A stretch of 35,661 nucleotides of DNA from a virus. Lineage: Duplodnaviria > Heunggongvirae > Uroviricota > Caudoviricetes. Below the pieces are notes generated by a model that was given only the letters and a program-made list of their open reading frames with translations, had not been told where the DNA came from and ran no database searches. Location: IMG/VR virus record IMGVR_UViG_2554235304_000012. One strand, given 5' to 3'. The position numbers were made by a program, and so were the translations under genes. Positions within the stretch are counted from its first letter, which is position 1. The number at the start of each line of letters is the position of its first letter. Shown piece by piece: positions 17,247 through 27,340 of this stretch.

Positions 17247-17749
17247 CAGCACAACTCCGCAAAGATTCGCGGGCGGCACAGAATGTCAGAGATGGCCCAG
17301 CTCACATCACGCCACAAATCCGATGTCTGTATATCCAGAGCGTCCGCCCGGCGGTCGCCCTTGTCCGTAGTGTCTGCATCACGATAACGCTCCAGAATCA
17401 GGGCGCGCGTGGCGGTATAAACAGCATTGCGCCAGTGCCAGAGATTGACGCTTTCTCCGTTAATTACGGGTGCCGGAACATCGGCCAGCGTCTGATGGCC
17501 AGCTGCCTGCTGTTCCTGCTGCCATGCTTCCAGCTCGCGGGTAACGTGTGCCACAGCCCCGGTGGCAGTATGCAGCAGGCGGGAGGTGGTCACGCGCCCC
17601 GGCAGTCGTACCGCCAGACGCAGCTCGCGCAGCACAATATCCGGCCAGAATGCACCCGCTGAAATGCGGGTATCGCCATCATCGGTATCGGTGATGTCGT
17701 CCTCTGCGGGTCCGGGGTTGGTTCTGGCAACCATACTCATGGGGTTCAC
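17246..17749 (-). CDS. L: Head completion protein L
   Basis: 167 aa (P2 L is about 169 aa), between M and X. Confidence 0.8.
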   Translation of the reverse strand: MNPMSMVARTNPGPAEDDITDTDDGDTRISAGAFWPDIVLRELRLAVRLPGRVTTSRLLHTATGAVAHVTRELEAWQQEQQAAGHQTLADVPAPVINGESVNLWHWRNAVYTATRALILERYRDADTTDKGDRRADALDIQTSDLWRDVSWAISDILCRPRIFAELC

Positions 17750-17841
17750 TCCTGAAAAAATCGGGCGGTGGGTGCGCGGTGTAAGCGGTCACGGAGTCAA
17801 ACCGGAACACCGCGCACGCCGCCCGCTGACGGGGTCAGTCG

Positions 17842-18642
17842 TTAACCGCGCTTCGCCTTCTGCGTCGCGGTGGTTTTTCGTGTTGCAGGCTTCCGCGTTG
17901 TCTTTTTACTTTTGCTGCTTTCGTCCTGCGCCTGCGGTGTGCTGGCATCTTCTGGTGCGGCTGCGGAATCGGCTTTTTTCAGGGCGCGGGAAAGGGTTGC
18001 AATCTCGCGTTTCACACCTGCGTTCGGGTTCAGGTGCATTGCTTCGCGCAGCAGCTTCAGTGACAGGGCCATGCTGTCCGCATCACTCAGGCCACGGCGG
18101 GCAAAGGCGCACGCTTTGCATAATTTGGCGCGCACTTCGTCCGGCATGTCCTGGTCGGTGACAATCTCCCGGAGGGTGTCCAGTGGTTCGATAAAGGCGG
18201 ACAAATCCGCGTCGGCATCCGTCCCGGCCTGCGTCAGTACCGGATTACAGATTTCTTCGGTCAGTACCGTGGCAGCAGTACGGCCAAAGTTATCCGGCAT
18301 GATGAGGTTGTGACGGACCACATACGCACCAATACGCAACGCCAGCGGAAGATCGCCACAGTCAATCGCCCACACCATCAGCGTGGCAATCACTTCATCC
18401 TGCTGCCCGCCGTCAGCCTCCAGCGTTCCCTCAATCCAGCCGGAAAAATCCGGCAACAACTCTTTTTTGATGGCGGCTTTCGCGCTTCTGGCCTGTACGC
18501 CCTTAAGCCGGGCCTGTGCCAGACGCAGACGATACAGCACCTCTTCATGCGCGGTACGCGCGGCGTGGTCCACGCCTTCATTCGCCCGGCCTGCGCGCTG
18601 TGCCATCACGTTCTGCCAGTGTTGCTGTGCAGGAGTAATCAT
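17842..18642 (-). CDS. M: Terminase small/endonuclease subunit M
   Basis: ..LLP.F..W..G.LE.......D.....M.W..D.GD...AL.I..Y......MP.......A....TEE.........G...D......E.L.......DMPDEVRAKL.K resembles P2 gpM. Confidence 0.85.
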   Translation of the reverse strand: MITPAQQHWQNVMAQRAGRANEGVDHAARTAHEEVLYRLRLAQARLKGVQARSAKAAIKKELLPDFSGWIEGTLEADGGQQDEVIATLMVWAIDCGDLPLALRIGAYVVRHNLIMPDNFGRTAATVLTEEICNPVLTQAGTDADADLSAFIEPLDTLREIVTDQDMPDEVRAKLCKACAFARRGLSDADSMALSLKLLREAMHLNPNAGVKREIATLSRALKKADSAAAPEDASTPQAQDESSKSKKTTRKPATRKTTATQKAKRG

Positions 18643-18687
18643 TTTTTCTCTCCGTTACAGGCGGGCATGATGCCCGCCGTGAGTTGA

Positions 18688-19740
18688 TTAGCTGTCGGCG
18701 AACTTCAGGCCAGTAACCATCGCGCACTTGCCATAGTCTTCAACGACATAAGCGTCATTGATGGACTGGTAGGTGGCGATGCGGTTGTATTCCGGCTCGT
18801 CTTTCATCAGGCGACGCATTGAACCTTTCTGCCAGTAAATCGACAGGTTGTTGAACGAGGTGATCAGCATCGTTGCATCCGGGAAGAACGGTGCAAGGAA
18901 CACGCCCAGCCCGCCAATGGTGCGCGATGACAGGATGAGCTGCCCGGCAAGTAATTCCGCATTGGGATTCTGGCCGCTGATGCTGTTCAGCACGGGCAGA
19001 CGCAGCGAGTTAAACAGGTTGCGCCCCATAATCACCACAAGGTCGTCAGCTTCCTTGTGCCATTCATCCAGCAGGGATGAACGCGCGTCCTGTACCAGTG
19101 CATCAGCGTTCGCATACTTACCCGCGTGCGCCACGGTGTTGTCCATGTTGCGGGAGGTCAGCGTCACGTCATTCATAACGCGTTCGCTGGCGTCGGTTCT
19201 GATGTGCTCCAGCCATCCCACGTTAACGTCCTGAAGCAGCTTGTTGGTGCTGAAGTTGGACTCATCCGCGTGAGACGTGCCGTTGAAACCGATCATGATG
19301 CGGTCAAGCGCCACCTGCCGGGCAATCTGTGCGCTGATGCGGGACTGAAAATCAGGATGTGCCGCCCAGGCATCAAGCTGCGGATATGAAATAAACGTGT
19401 CGTAGTTCACCTGTTCGCACTGGTATTTGCGGTTTTTCAGATCAACCACGTTATTCGGGTTACGGCGTTTTGTGCCGTCATAACCGGTATTCGTGCGTGC
19501 AATTGGCCCGGTGGTGTCCAGGAGGATTTTTTCGCCTTTCTGGTCGGTCACGCCGATCACGTTAATTCTTTTTGTAAATTCGGTGCTTTCCTTTGAGGCG
19601 TTTTCAAAACGCTGCTGCACCGAGGGTTCCACGGTAAATCGCGATACCAGTGCGGAAACCGGAATATTATTAAGCGACGCCTGCTGCGCCATATAGCAAC
19701 CCAGCTTGTTGCGGGTAATATCTGACATCACCAGATTCAT
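18688..19740 (-). CDS. N: Major capsid protein N
   Basis: ..FTVEPSV.Q.........S.EF..RIN...V....GEKI......IA.T.......R.P........KY.C.Q.N.D.....Y..LD.WA...DFQ.RI...I..Q..LD.IM.GFNG......S........LQDV.VGWL...R......VM..VT aligns with P2 gpN. Confidence 0.9.
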   Translation of the reverse strand: MNLVMSDITRNKLGCYMAQQASLNNIPVSALVSRFTVEPSVQQRFENASKESTEFTKRINVIGVTDQKGEKILLDTTGPIARTNTGYDGTKRRNPNNVVDLKNRKYQCEQVNYDTFISYPQLDAWAAHPDFQSRISAQIARQVALDRIMIGFNGTSHADESNFSTNKLLQDVNVGWLEHIRTDASERVMNDVTLTSRNMDNTVAHAGKYANADALVQDARSSLLDEWHKEADDLVVIMGRNLFNSLRLPVLNSISGQNPNAELLAGQLILSSRTIGGLGVFLAPFFPDATMLITSFNNLSIYWQKGSMRRLMKDEPEYNRIATYQSINDAYVVEDYGKCAMVTGLKFADS

Positions 19741-19763
19741 AAAAAATTTGCTCCTTTGTCTTA

Positions 19764-20600
19764 TCAGAAGTCAGCCAGCTGGTCGGAGGCTGCACCTGTT
19801 GCGGTGAACCGGTTCTGCGGATCGCCGTCCTGCGTGCGCAGTTTTTCCTTCAGTGCTGCCAGCTCTGTGGTCAGTGACGTAATTTTCTGGCGGTCCTGCT
19901 GATGGCGGGTTTCCAGCACATTAAAACGGTCGATAATGTCGGCCTGTGACGTTGCGACGCCTTCCACCGCTTCCTGAATACGGGAAAAACTGGCGTCATC
20001 CGCTTTGCGGCCACGGCCAATAATCCCCATTACGCGGTTAAACCACTGGGTGCCTTCTTCCTGGCGTTGTTCTGCCATTTCGATGATTTCAGACTCGATG
20101 GCTTCGGAGATAAGCGGCGCTTCACCCTGGATACTGTTGAACGTCATCACCGCCTGACGTTGCTGTGCCGTGAATTTCAGGCGCTCAGTGCCCAGGCTTG
20201 CCGGGGTGTCGGTCATCGCCAGCCCGACCAGATAGGCGCGCCCGTTAACGGAGAACTGCGGGTGCAGTTCGATACTGGAATAGATTTTCTTGCCGTCCGC
20301 GACAAGCTGCTTCATGCGCTCGGTCGGTTCGATTTCTGCATACAGCGCAGTACGTCCGGCCAGCGGACCTTCCGTAATGTCTTCCGTACTCAGTGCGGTG
20401 ACATCGCCCATTGCGGAAAATTCGCTTGACGGGCATGGCGAGAGATAGTGCTCAACGTTCACGCGGGCAGCGTAAACATCCGGGTTGAAGTTCTCGGCGG
20501 CTTCACGCAGATGCACCGGACTGATTTCACGGCCATCAACAGTTGATCCGGAGACAGCCACGCGAAACTTTTTGCGGGATGTCTTTTTTTCATTAGCCAT
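19764..20600 (-). CDS. O: Capsid scaffolding protein O
   Basis: ..KFFR..V.G.T.DGR.IS......AE.F.P.VY..R.N.EH......YLVGLA.TD.PASLGTE.L.F aligns with P2 gpO. Start set to ATG 20600 (MANEKK..). Confidence 0.85.
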   Translation of the reverse strand: MANEKKTSRKKFRVAVSGSTVDGREISPVHLREAAENFNPDVYAARVNVEHYLSPCPSSEFSAMGDVTALSTEDITEGPLAGRTALYAEIEPTERMKQLVADGKKIYSSIELHPQFSVNGRAYLVGLAMTDTPASLGTERLKFTAQQRQAVMTFNSIQGEAPLISEAIESEIIEMAEQRQEEGTQWFNRVMGIIGRGRKADDASFSRIQEAVEGVATSQADIIDRFNVLETRHQQDRQKITSLTTELAALKEKLRTQDGDPQNRFTATGAASDQLADF

Positions 20601-20754
20601 AGTTTTTGCCCCTCTGACTGGTTCTTCAGTCATGATGGCAAAGCGTAACAGGCTGATACAAAGGGCTTTTGTTGTAAGAAAACGGCCAGAACAGGGGGTT
20701 AAGGAGAACAGTTTCGCGCGCGGGTAATCTTCCTGTAATTACTCAGGGGGAGCA
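20601..20754. promoter_or_regulatory. Divergent intergenic region between O (-) and P (+); presumed late promoters
   Basis: 154-bp gap between divergent late operons, as in P2 PO/PP. No Ogr box verified. Confidence 0.35.
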
Positions 20755-22506
20755 ATGATTCAGGACGCTTTTGTGCGCCAGCGTGCGCGGCAACTTTACT
20801 GGCAGGGTTATCCGCCCGCAGAAATATCACGTCTGATGGGAATAAACCCGAACACGATTTATGCGTGGAAAAAACGTGACCAGTGGGATGAAACGCCACC
20901 CGTGCAGCGTGTCACGCAGTCCATCGATGCGCGTCTCATCCAGCTTACTGAAAAACAGAATAAAACAGGCGGTGACTTTAAGGAAATAGACCTGCTGACC
21001 CGGCAGCTTAAAAAGCTGCATGATGGCCAGCCGGATGCGACGGCCGCAGGAAAGAAAGGCCGGGCGAAAAAACTCAAAAATCATTTCACGCCGGAACAGA
21101 TTGCCGCACTGCGGGAAAAAATCATCAGCAGGCTGGAGTGGCATCAGCGGGGCTGGTTTGACTCCCTGACCCTTTGCAGGGAAGCCGGGATACGTAACAG
21201 GATGATCCTGAAATCCCGACAGATTGGGGCGACCTGGTATTTTGCACAGGAAGCACTGCTGATGGCGCTGCGTGACGATGTGGCGCAACCTTACCAGCGT
21301 AACCAGATTTTTTTGTCTGCGTCGCGTCGTCAGGCGTTCCAGTTTAAAAGCATTATTCAGAAGGCCGCGGCTGAAGTTGATGTGGAGCTGAAAGGGGGCG
21401 ATAAAATCATCCTCTCCAACGGCGCAGAGCTGCATTTTCTCGGCACTTCTGCTGCGTCGGCACAGTCCTATACGGGCAATTTTTATTTTGATGAATTTTT
21501 CTGGGTCAGTCGCTTTGCTGAACTGCGCAAGGTGGCTGGCGCTATGGCAACCCTCAGCGGACTGCGGCGCACCTACTTCTCCACGCCATCCACCGAAACG
21601 CACGAGGCATACGCCTACTGGAACGGCGACCGCTGGAATGAGAAAAAGGCCTCGCATAAACGCCAGCGTTTTTCTGTGGACTGGAAAACGCTGCATAACG
21701 GGCTTATCTGCCCTGACCGGACGTGGCGGCAAATTGTCACGCTGGAAGATGTGGTTAATCACGGCTGGAAACACACTGATATCGACGAAATTCGTGATGA
21801 AAACACCGAAGACGAGTTCCTCAATCTCTATATGTGTGAGTTTGTCCGCGAAGGGGAATCGGCATTTAACCTGAATATCCTGATTGGCTGCGGTGTTGAC
21901 GGATACGACGACTGGAAAGACTGGAAACCTTTTGCTCCCCGCCCGATGGGGAATCGTCCGGTATGGATTGGGTATGACGCAAACGGCAGTAGTGGCAACG
22001 GCGACAGCGGCGCTGTGTCCGTGGTGGTTCCTCCGGCTGTTCCTGGTGGCCGTTTTCGAACGGTGGAGACGCGACGCGTTCAAGGGCTGGAGTTTGAAGA
22101 ACAGGCCAGAGTCATTGAAGAGTTCACGTATCGCTACAACGTGGAACACATCGGCATTGATGTGACGGGCGGGAACGGGGAGGCTGTTTATCAGATAGTG
22201 AAACGGTTTTTCCCTGCTGCTATTCCGTACACCTTCACGCTGTCATCAAAACGGTCGCTGGTACTGAAAATGCTGCACATAATGCGTGCCGGGCGGTGGG
22301 AATACGATCGCGCCGAACGCGAGCTGGTCGCGGCCTTTAACGCCGTGCGTAAGGTGAAAACACCGGGCGGCTTTATCACTTACGAAACGGACCGCGCGAG
22401 GGGGATCAGCCACGGCGACCTTGCGTGGGCAACCATGCTTGCTGTCATTAACGAACCGATTGGCGGCGAAGGAGAAAACGAGCGTTTCACGGTTATGGAG
22501 TTCTGA
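20755..22506 (+). CDS. P: Terminase large (ATPase) subunit P
   Basis: 583 aa (P2 P is about 589 aa), divergent from O and followed by Q with overlapping stop/start. Confidence 0.8.
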   Translation: MIQDAFVRQRARQLYWQGYPPAEISRLMGINPNTIYAWKKRDQWDETPPVQRVTQSIDARLIQLTEKQNKTGGDFKEIDLLTRQLKKLHDGQPDATAAGKKGRAKKLKNHFTPEQIAALREKIISRLEWHQRGWFDSLTLCREAGIRNRMILKSRQIGATWYFAQEALLMALRDDVAQPYQRNQIFLSASRRQAFQFKSIIQKAAAEVDVELKGGDKIILSNGAELHFLGTSAASAQSYTGNFYFDEFFWVSRFAELRKVAGAMATLSGLRRTYFSTPSTETHEAYAYWNGDRWNEKKASHKRQRFSVDWKTLHNGLICPDRTWRQIVTLEDVVNHGWKHTDIDEIRDENTEDEFLNLYMCEFVREGESAFNLNILIGCGVDGYDDWKDWKPFAPRPMGNRPVWIGYDANGSSGNGDSGAVSVVVPPAVPGGRFRTVETRRVQGLEFEEQARVIEEFTYRYNVEHIGIDVTGGNGEAVYQIVKRFFPAAIPYTFTLSSKRSLVLKMLHIMRAGRWEYDRAERELVAAFNAVRKVKTPGGFITYETDRARGISHGDLAWATMLAVINEPIGGEGENERFTVMEF

Positions 22507-23552
22507 TGAGCAGAAAAAACAAAAAAGTGCGCATGAGTTCACGCATTGATCTCGCTGATGCGCTCAGGAAAGAATCATCGCTCAGTGCATTCACATTTGA
22601 TGGTCCTTATCGCCTGACCGGGCATGACCTGCTGGACAATATGTACTGTGCTGATAACGGGCGGTGGTATGAAACCCCGGTGGACTGGTACGGTCTGGCA
22701 AGAGCAGCCCGGCAAACGTCCTGGCATCAGTCTGCGCTTTACTTTAAGCGCAATGTATTACTCGGTTGCTACATCCCGCACCCGCTGCTTTCCCGGCAGG
22801 ATTTCTCGGCGCTGGCGCTGGACTGGTTTGTGTTCGGTAATGCATTCCTTGAGCTTCGAAGCAATATGCTCGGCGAACCGCTTAAATTACGGCACGCCCT
22901 GGCGAAATACATGCGACGCGGAAGCGATCTTGAATCATGGTGGTATGTGCAGGATGGTAAGGACGCGTTTCAGTTTCGCCCTGGCAAAGTATGCCACCTG
23001 ATGAATCCGGATATTAACCAGGAAATCTACGGCATGCCGGAATATCTTGGCGCATTACTCTCGGCCAGCCTTTCTCATTCGGCGGACATGTTCAGAAAAC
23101 TGTACTACGACAACGGATCCCACGCCGGGTGCATCATCTACATCGGTGCAGCGCAGGTAAACCGCGAAAGCATGGACTCCCTGAAAGAAACGTTACAGGG
23201 TGCGCGTGGTGGTGGTGCATTTAAAAACGTGCTCATTCATGCGCCCAACGGGGGCAAAGAGGGGGTGCAAATTTTGCCGTTCCAGCAGATCACCGCAAAG
23301 GATGAGTTCATGAATGTTAAGGCGGCATCCCGTGATGATGTACTGGCTGCGCACCGCGTTCCGCCGCAACTGATGGGGGCGATGCCGGGCGAAAAAAGTG
23401 CGTTTGGTGATGTGGAGAAGGCCGCGCGGGTTTATGCAATTAACGAGCTGATGCCCGTTATGGAGGCTATGAAGCACATCAATGACTGGCTTGGCGAAGA
23501 GGTGATCCGCTTTAACCCTTACGCACTGTTAGACACCCAGCCCACATCCTGA
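22506..23552 (+). CDS. Q: Portal protein Q
   Basis: 348 aa (P2 Q is about 344 aa). Last structural gene before the presumed cos region. Confidence 0.8.
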   Translation: MSRKNKKVRMSSRIDLADALRKESSLSAFTFDGPYRLTGHDLLDNMYCADNGRWYETPVDWYGLARAARQTSWHQSALYFKRNVLLGCYIPHPLLSRQDFSALALDWFVFGNAFLELRSNMLGEPLKLRHALAKYMRRGSDLESWWYVQDGKDAFQFRPGKVCHLMNPDINQEIYGMPEYLGALLSASLSHSADMFRKLYYDNGSHAGCIIYIGAAQVNRESMDSLKETLQGARGGGAFKNVLIHAPNGGKEGVQILPFQQITAKDEFMNVKAASRDDVLAAHRVPPQLMGAMPGEKSAFGDVEKAARVYAINELMPVMEAMKHINDWLGEEVIRFNPYALLDTQPTS

Positions 23553-24027
23553 CGCGCTTCGCTTGTCTGCTGCTTCGTCGGGGCATAAAAAATTTATGCC
23601 CCGACTCTCCAGCTCCTGTATCAATCAGATAATTTCACGACGTCTTCCAGCTTATCGCCATCATCGACGGTCAGGCTCTTACGCAATCCCACCGCGTTGA
23701 CTGCATGTTCTCGCCGCCTCAGTGCGATTTTGACGGCCTTATCTGTCACCCCATCAAATCAAAAGCCCTCACGTCTTTTTCACGCTCAGCGTGAGAAATA
23801 CAGCCATTCTGTTGTGTCGCTGCGACATCGTTCAGGGGATGCTATTTACCCCCTGAAACGCGGGCTGTTCCCCCGTCACCTGCGCGCAGAAAAAGCGCGT
23901 TTTTTTGTGCACGCACGGATCCCTGACGGATCCAGCCGCCACGCGGGCCAGAAGGGCAAAAATTCGTTCAAAAAAATTGTGCAAATTTGTGCACTATCGT
24001 GCATGTAAATTCATAAAAAAATTACAG
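23553..24027. other. Non-coding region expected to contain cos and packaging signals
   Basis: About 475 bp without convincing ORFs between Q and the accessory cassette. Contains a hairpin CGGGGCATAAA...TTTATGCCCCG (23577-23602), a palindrome TCACGCTCAGCGTGA (23779-23793) and a GC-rich stretch CCGCCACGCGGGCC (about 23930-23945) loosely resembling P2/186 cohesive-end sequence. Confidence 0.3.
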
Positions 24028-24049
24028 AAAAAAGGCCGCTTTCGCGGCC
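24028..24049 (-). terminator. Rho-independent terminator after the S8 peptidase gene
   Basis: GGCCGC-TTTC-GCGGCC hairpin followed on the minus strand by a T6 run. Confidence 0.5.
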
Positions 24050-24056
24050 ATAAAAA

Positions 24057-26261
24057 TTACGTGTCGAGAGAAATTTGTGTGCGCAGTTGAATAGGATTCA
24101 GAATTGTATATCGCTGGCGAATAACATTATATAAATCAAAGTCTTTTACCCTTACGCTTATTACCATCGCATATTGCATATCAGGGGCTGAAACTCCCTT
24201 AACATGGCGCGAAGAATCTCGGGCATGATACCGTATATCAAAAACTGGATCGCTTAATAATGTATCAGCACTGAACTTTTTGCTTCTGTGCAAACAAGTT
24301 TCCCACTTATGACCTTCACTCCTACACTCCCTTTCAGTCTTATACTGGCTTTTTTGACCAAAGAAATCATCTGTATCGGTATCGTCAAGGCCGAATCTTG
24401 GGCGGAAAGTTACCTGCATACCGGCCCTTGTATAGTTTACTGAATGTTCAGGATCTACTGGGGTTTGAATGCATAAAGTAGCGGTAAGCTCAAATGCTTC
24501 GTCAAAGGGAACATCAGGGAATGGGATCGGTGCCCTTAAATATTTATTTTTTGCTAATGAACCATAGTAAATTACTGTAGCAGTATCATTTGGACAATCG
24601 ATTAAAACGTTAGGATCCTCACTAAACCGTCCCCAACCGATATGTTCACGCGAATATTTTCTTGATGTTTCAGCATGATGAACAAGCAACGCTTTCAATG
24701 CAATGGTGTTCAATGGAGTTCCTGATAGAGCCGCAACTCCAGCGGCCGTTCTCAATGCTAATGGAGAGGCATAACTGGTTCCTTGAACTCCAACTATAGA
24801 ACCAAGCAGAGGGTTGTAAGTGTAAAAAGGCTCGTCGTCGCTTCCACCAAAAATAACACCATCAGGTTTAACGAATCCGGGGCTTCTGCCTGGCCCAATA
24901 CAGCTATATGGTGCCCGCCCCCATTTTTCACCGCTACGATCAGCAGCACCAATCGCTAGCGCGTTTACCATATCGGAAGGAGGTTGTATTCTCGCTGCAT
25001 CACCGTCCTCATTGCCATCATTCCCAACAGCAACAGTAAGTAATATCCCATGCTTAGCACAGATTTGGTCTAAAACAGCAGTCCATACATGAACCTCATC
25101 ATCACCAATTGGAAGATGAGGACCAATACTTAGATTAGCGAACTTATAGTCACCACTATCAAGAACGGACTGTATTTTCTTAAGGACATCAAATAAATCC
25201 CAATTGCCATTGTCACCTGATGTCGGTGAAAGAACTCTATAATGATCTACATTCATAAACGGTCTTTTAAAAGAAGGTGCATTTTCCTCGACACGTCCGA
25301 ATAAGAAAGTGGATGTCACTTCATTACCGTGCTGCAATAATAATCCGCTTGTTTCTTTGGTGTCTGGATACACGTATTCCGTAACCCAATTACTCAAGTC
25401 AGCTGTCCCCAAGCCACCATCAAAAATGGCAATACGTTCGGATTCAAGAACAGCTTTAGAATTAGGGAGCTCCGGTGTAACTATATTAGATAACTTTCTG
25501 ACAATGTTCGGCTGAGTACACCTGAGAGACGGCATCGGCCGCACAACGCGGATTAATGAAAAATCGAGTGTTTTTTTCATATCTTCAGGTCGCGCGTGTG
25601 CAACGATGAAAGTCAGCCCACCAACTTGGATTCTACTTTTGTAATCAACAGAGACATCATATTGTGCCGCATAGCTAATATAGGCTTTAACGATATCATC
25701 GTCTTCAACCCCAGCATGAAGAACCACTTCAAATTTTATCAAATCACTTTTCGCATGCTCAAAATTGCGTGCTCTCTCTTTTCCTTCAAAAAAGCTAACA
25801 CTTTCAATTTCGATCAAATCCTTTTGTACGCCCTTCGGAGCTGTAGGGGAATTTAAAATTTCCTTAAATCTTATAACGGCATCATCATCACCGCTAACAA
25901 ACAGTTGCGCCGTTACTAAGTCCTTATTCTGATCGCACTGACGTGCCGCTTTCCGTGGGCGAATGATTACCTGACGGCTGCCGACATCCCGTAAACCTGT
26001 CGCTCTAAGCAATCCTTCCGGAAAGTAGCTTTTACCCAAAAACGCTGGGTGTAAAGTTAAATTGAATACACTCTCCCCCCTTGGCTTAGCCGCATCATCC
26101 AAACTGCGAAAGCGTGAGAGTAAAGTATCAATCTCTGGGTTTAAATGCTCCCTTACTTCTTCAAGAGTATAGGGATAGCGCTTACCATCCCTTCCTTTAG
26201 GCAAAGGTTCCTTTTTTGTCAGAACATGACCGTTACCTAAAAGTAAGTTCCTTTCCATCAT
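24057..26261 (-). CDS. Subtilisin-like serine peptidase (S8 family), 734 aa; IetS-like
   Basis: Asp box IAIFDGGLG, oxyanion-hole region VAVGNDGNEDG and Ser box GTSYASPLALRTAAG in S8 order. Start overlaps the upstream ATPase stop by 4 nt. AT-rich by eye. Confidence 0.85.
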   Translation of the reverse strand: MMERNLLLGNGHVLTKKEPLPKGRDGKRYPYTLEEVREHLNPEIDTLLSRFRSLDDAAKPRGESVFNLTLHPAFLGKSYFPEGLLRATGLRDVGSRQVIIRPRKAARQCDQNKDLVTAQLFVSGDDDAVIRFKEILNSPTAPKGVQKDLIEIESVSFFEGKERARNFEHAKSDLIKFEVVLHAGVEDDDIVKAYISYAAQYDVSVDYKSRIQVGGLTFIVAHARPEDMKKTLDFSLIRVVRPMPSLRCTQPNIVRKLSNIVTPELPNSKAVLESERIAIFDGGLGTADLSNWVTEYVYPDTKETSGLLLQHGNEVTSTFLFGRVEENAPSFKRPFMNVDHYRVLSPTSGDNGNWDLFDVLKKIQSVLDSGDYKFANLSIGPHLPIGDDEVHVWTAVLDQICAKHGILLTVAVGNDGNEDGDAARIQPPSDMVNALAIGAADRSGEKWGRAPYSCIGPGRSPGFVKPDGVIFGGSDDEPFYTYNPLLGSIVGVQGTSYASPLALRTAAGVAALSGTPLNTIALKALLVHHAETSRKYSREHIGWGRFSEDPNVLIDCPNDTATVIYYGSLAKNKYLRAPIPFPDVPFDEAFELTATLCIQTPVDPEHSVNYTRAGMQVTFRPRFGLDDTDTDDFFGQKSQYKTERECRSEGHKWETCLHRSKKFSADTLLSDPVFDIRYHARDSSRHVKGVSAPDMQYAMVISVRVKDFDLYNVIRQRYTILNPIQLRTQISLDT

Positions 26262-27340
26262 TTAATCCCCCACTTTTGTAATTTATTCGCGATTGTTGGA
26301 TGTGAAACACCAACTAATTCAGCTATCTTCCTATTTGAAAAACCGTCAAAATGATATTTAATTATATTGAGATCATTATCGCTAAACTCATCCAATGAAA
26401 CCCTCTCCGTAATTACGGCTTCTATTAATGAGCTTTCAAATGGAATATTTCTAAGTACCTCATTCTTTTTGGAGAAATTCAAAATACGGTTAATGATGGC
26501 AAAGGACATGCCATCTAATAATGGTGCAAGTTTTTTAGATAGTTCAGGTTCAATATTATGATTGACTAAATATCTATCTATCAGTTCTACTGATGGCATA
26601 TTAAATTTAAGGATGTGCTCAAATCGACGCCAAACAGCCGGATCTAAGATATCAGGGTGATTAGTCGCAGCAACAAGAAGCGAGGTCGCTGGCCACTCAT
26701 CTATGGTCTGTAGGAGTACAGTAACTAAACGTTTTAATTCTCCAACGTCCCTGTCATCATCACGTCTTTTTGCAACAGCATCAAATTCATCAAGCAAAAG
26801 GACACATGGTTTCTCTTTGGCATAATCCATAACGGATTTAATATTATTACCTGTTTTTCCCAAAAGAGAACTCATTACAGATGAGAGATCCAATGTTAAA
26901 AGAGGTAAATTTAACTTTGCAGCAAGCCAATGTGCGGACATTGTTTTGCCTACGCCTGGCGGGCCAGAAAGTAAAACCGTCTTCACAGGTTCAAGACCAG
27001 CTTTGAACAAAGAAACCGCATTCTCTCTTTCGTTAACAATTGACTCCAGCTTCTTTGAGATATCCGTATTCCATACAGGTTCTTCAACAATTGCGTTGAC
27101 AGATGTTTCCTGCAAAAGGTTTCGTCTGGAGTCTCCATCCACAGGCATAGGAGCCTTACTAGATGCCCCACGTAATACTGTTCCCTCAGCAACTAACGAA
27201 GCCAGCTTAGAAGCTAAAGCCTCATCATTTTTACGGATGTTGTTAATCATCTTTCTGCATAGGAGTGTAAATGCATTTGCGTTGCCTTTGATGCCTTGCT
27301 CGATGAGTTTGAAAAGTTCATCCTCCCTCACGTTTACCAT
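26258..27340 (-). CDS. AAA+ ATPase with C-terminal helix-turn-helix, 360 aa; IetA-like
   Basis: Walker A GPPGVGKT, Walker B VLLLDEFD, sensor/SRH region LLVAATNHPDILDPAVWRRF, and a C-terminal HTH NRKIAELVGVSHPTIANKLQKWGI. Confidence 0.85.
   Translation of the reverse strand: MVNVREDELFKLIEQGIKGNANAFTLLCRKMINNIRKNDEALASKLASLVAEGTVLRGASSKAPMPVDGDSRRNLLQETSVNAIVEEPVWNTDISKKLESIVNERENAVSLFKAGLEPVKTVLLSGPPGVGKTMSAHWLAAKLNLPLLTLDLSSVMSSLLGKTGNNIKSVMDYAKEKPCVLLLDEFDAVAKRRDDDRDVGELKRLVTVLLQTIDEWPATSLLVAATNHPDILDPAVWRRFEHILKFNMPSVELIDRYLVNHNIEPELSKKLAPLLDGMSFAIINRILNFSKKNEVLRNIPFESSLIEAVITERVSLDEFSDNDLNIIKYHFDGFSNRKIAELVGVSHPTIANKLQKWGIK

Noticed and set aside
20827-22149. 440-aa ORF antisense to terminase gene P
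   Set aside because: Entirely within P on the opposite strand, with an R/P/F-rich nonsense-like composition; P is the well-supported frame.
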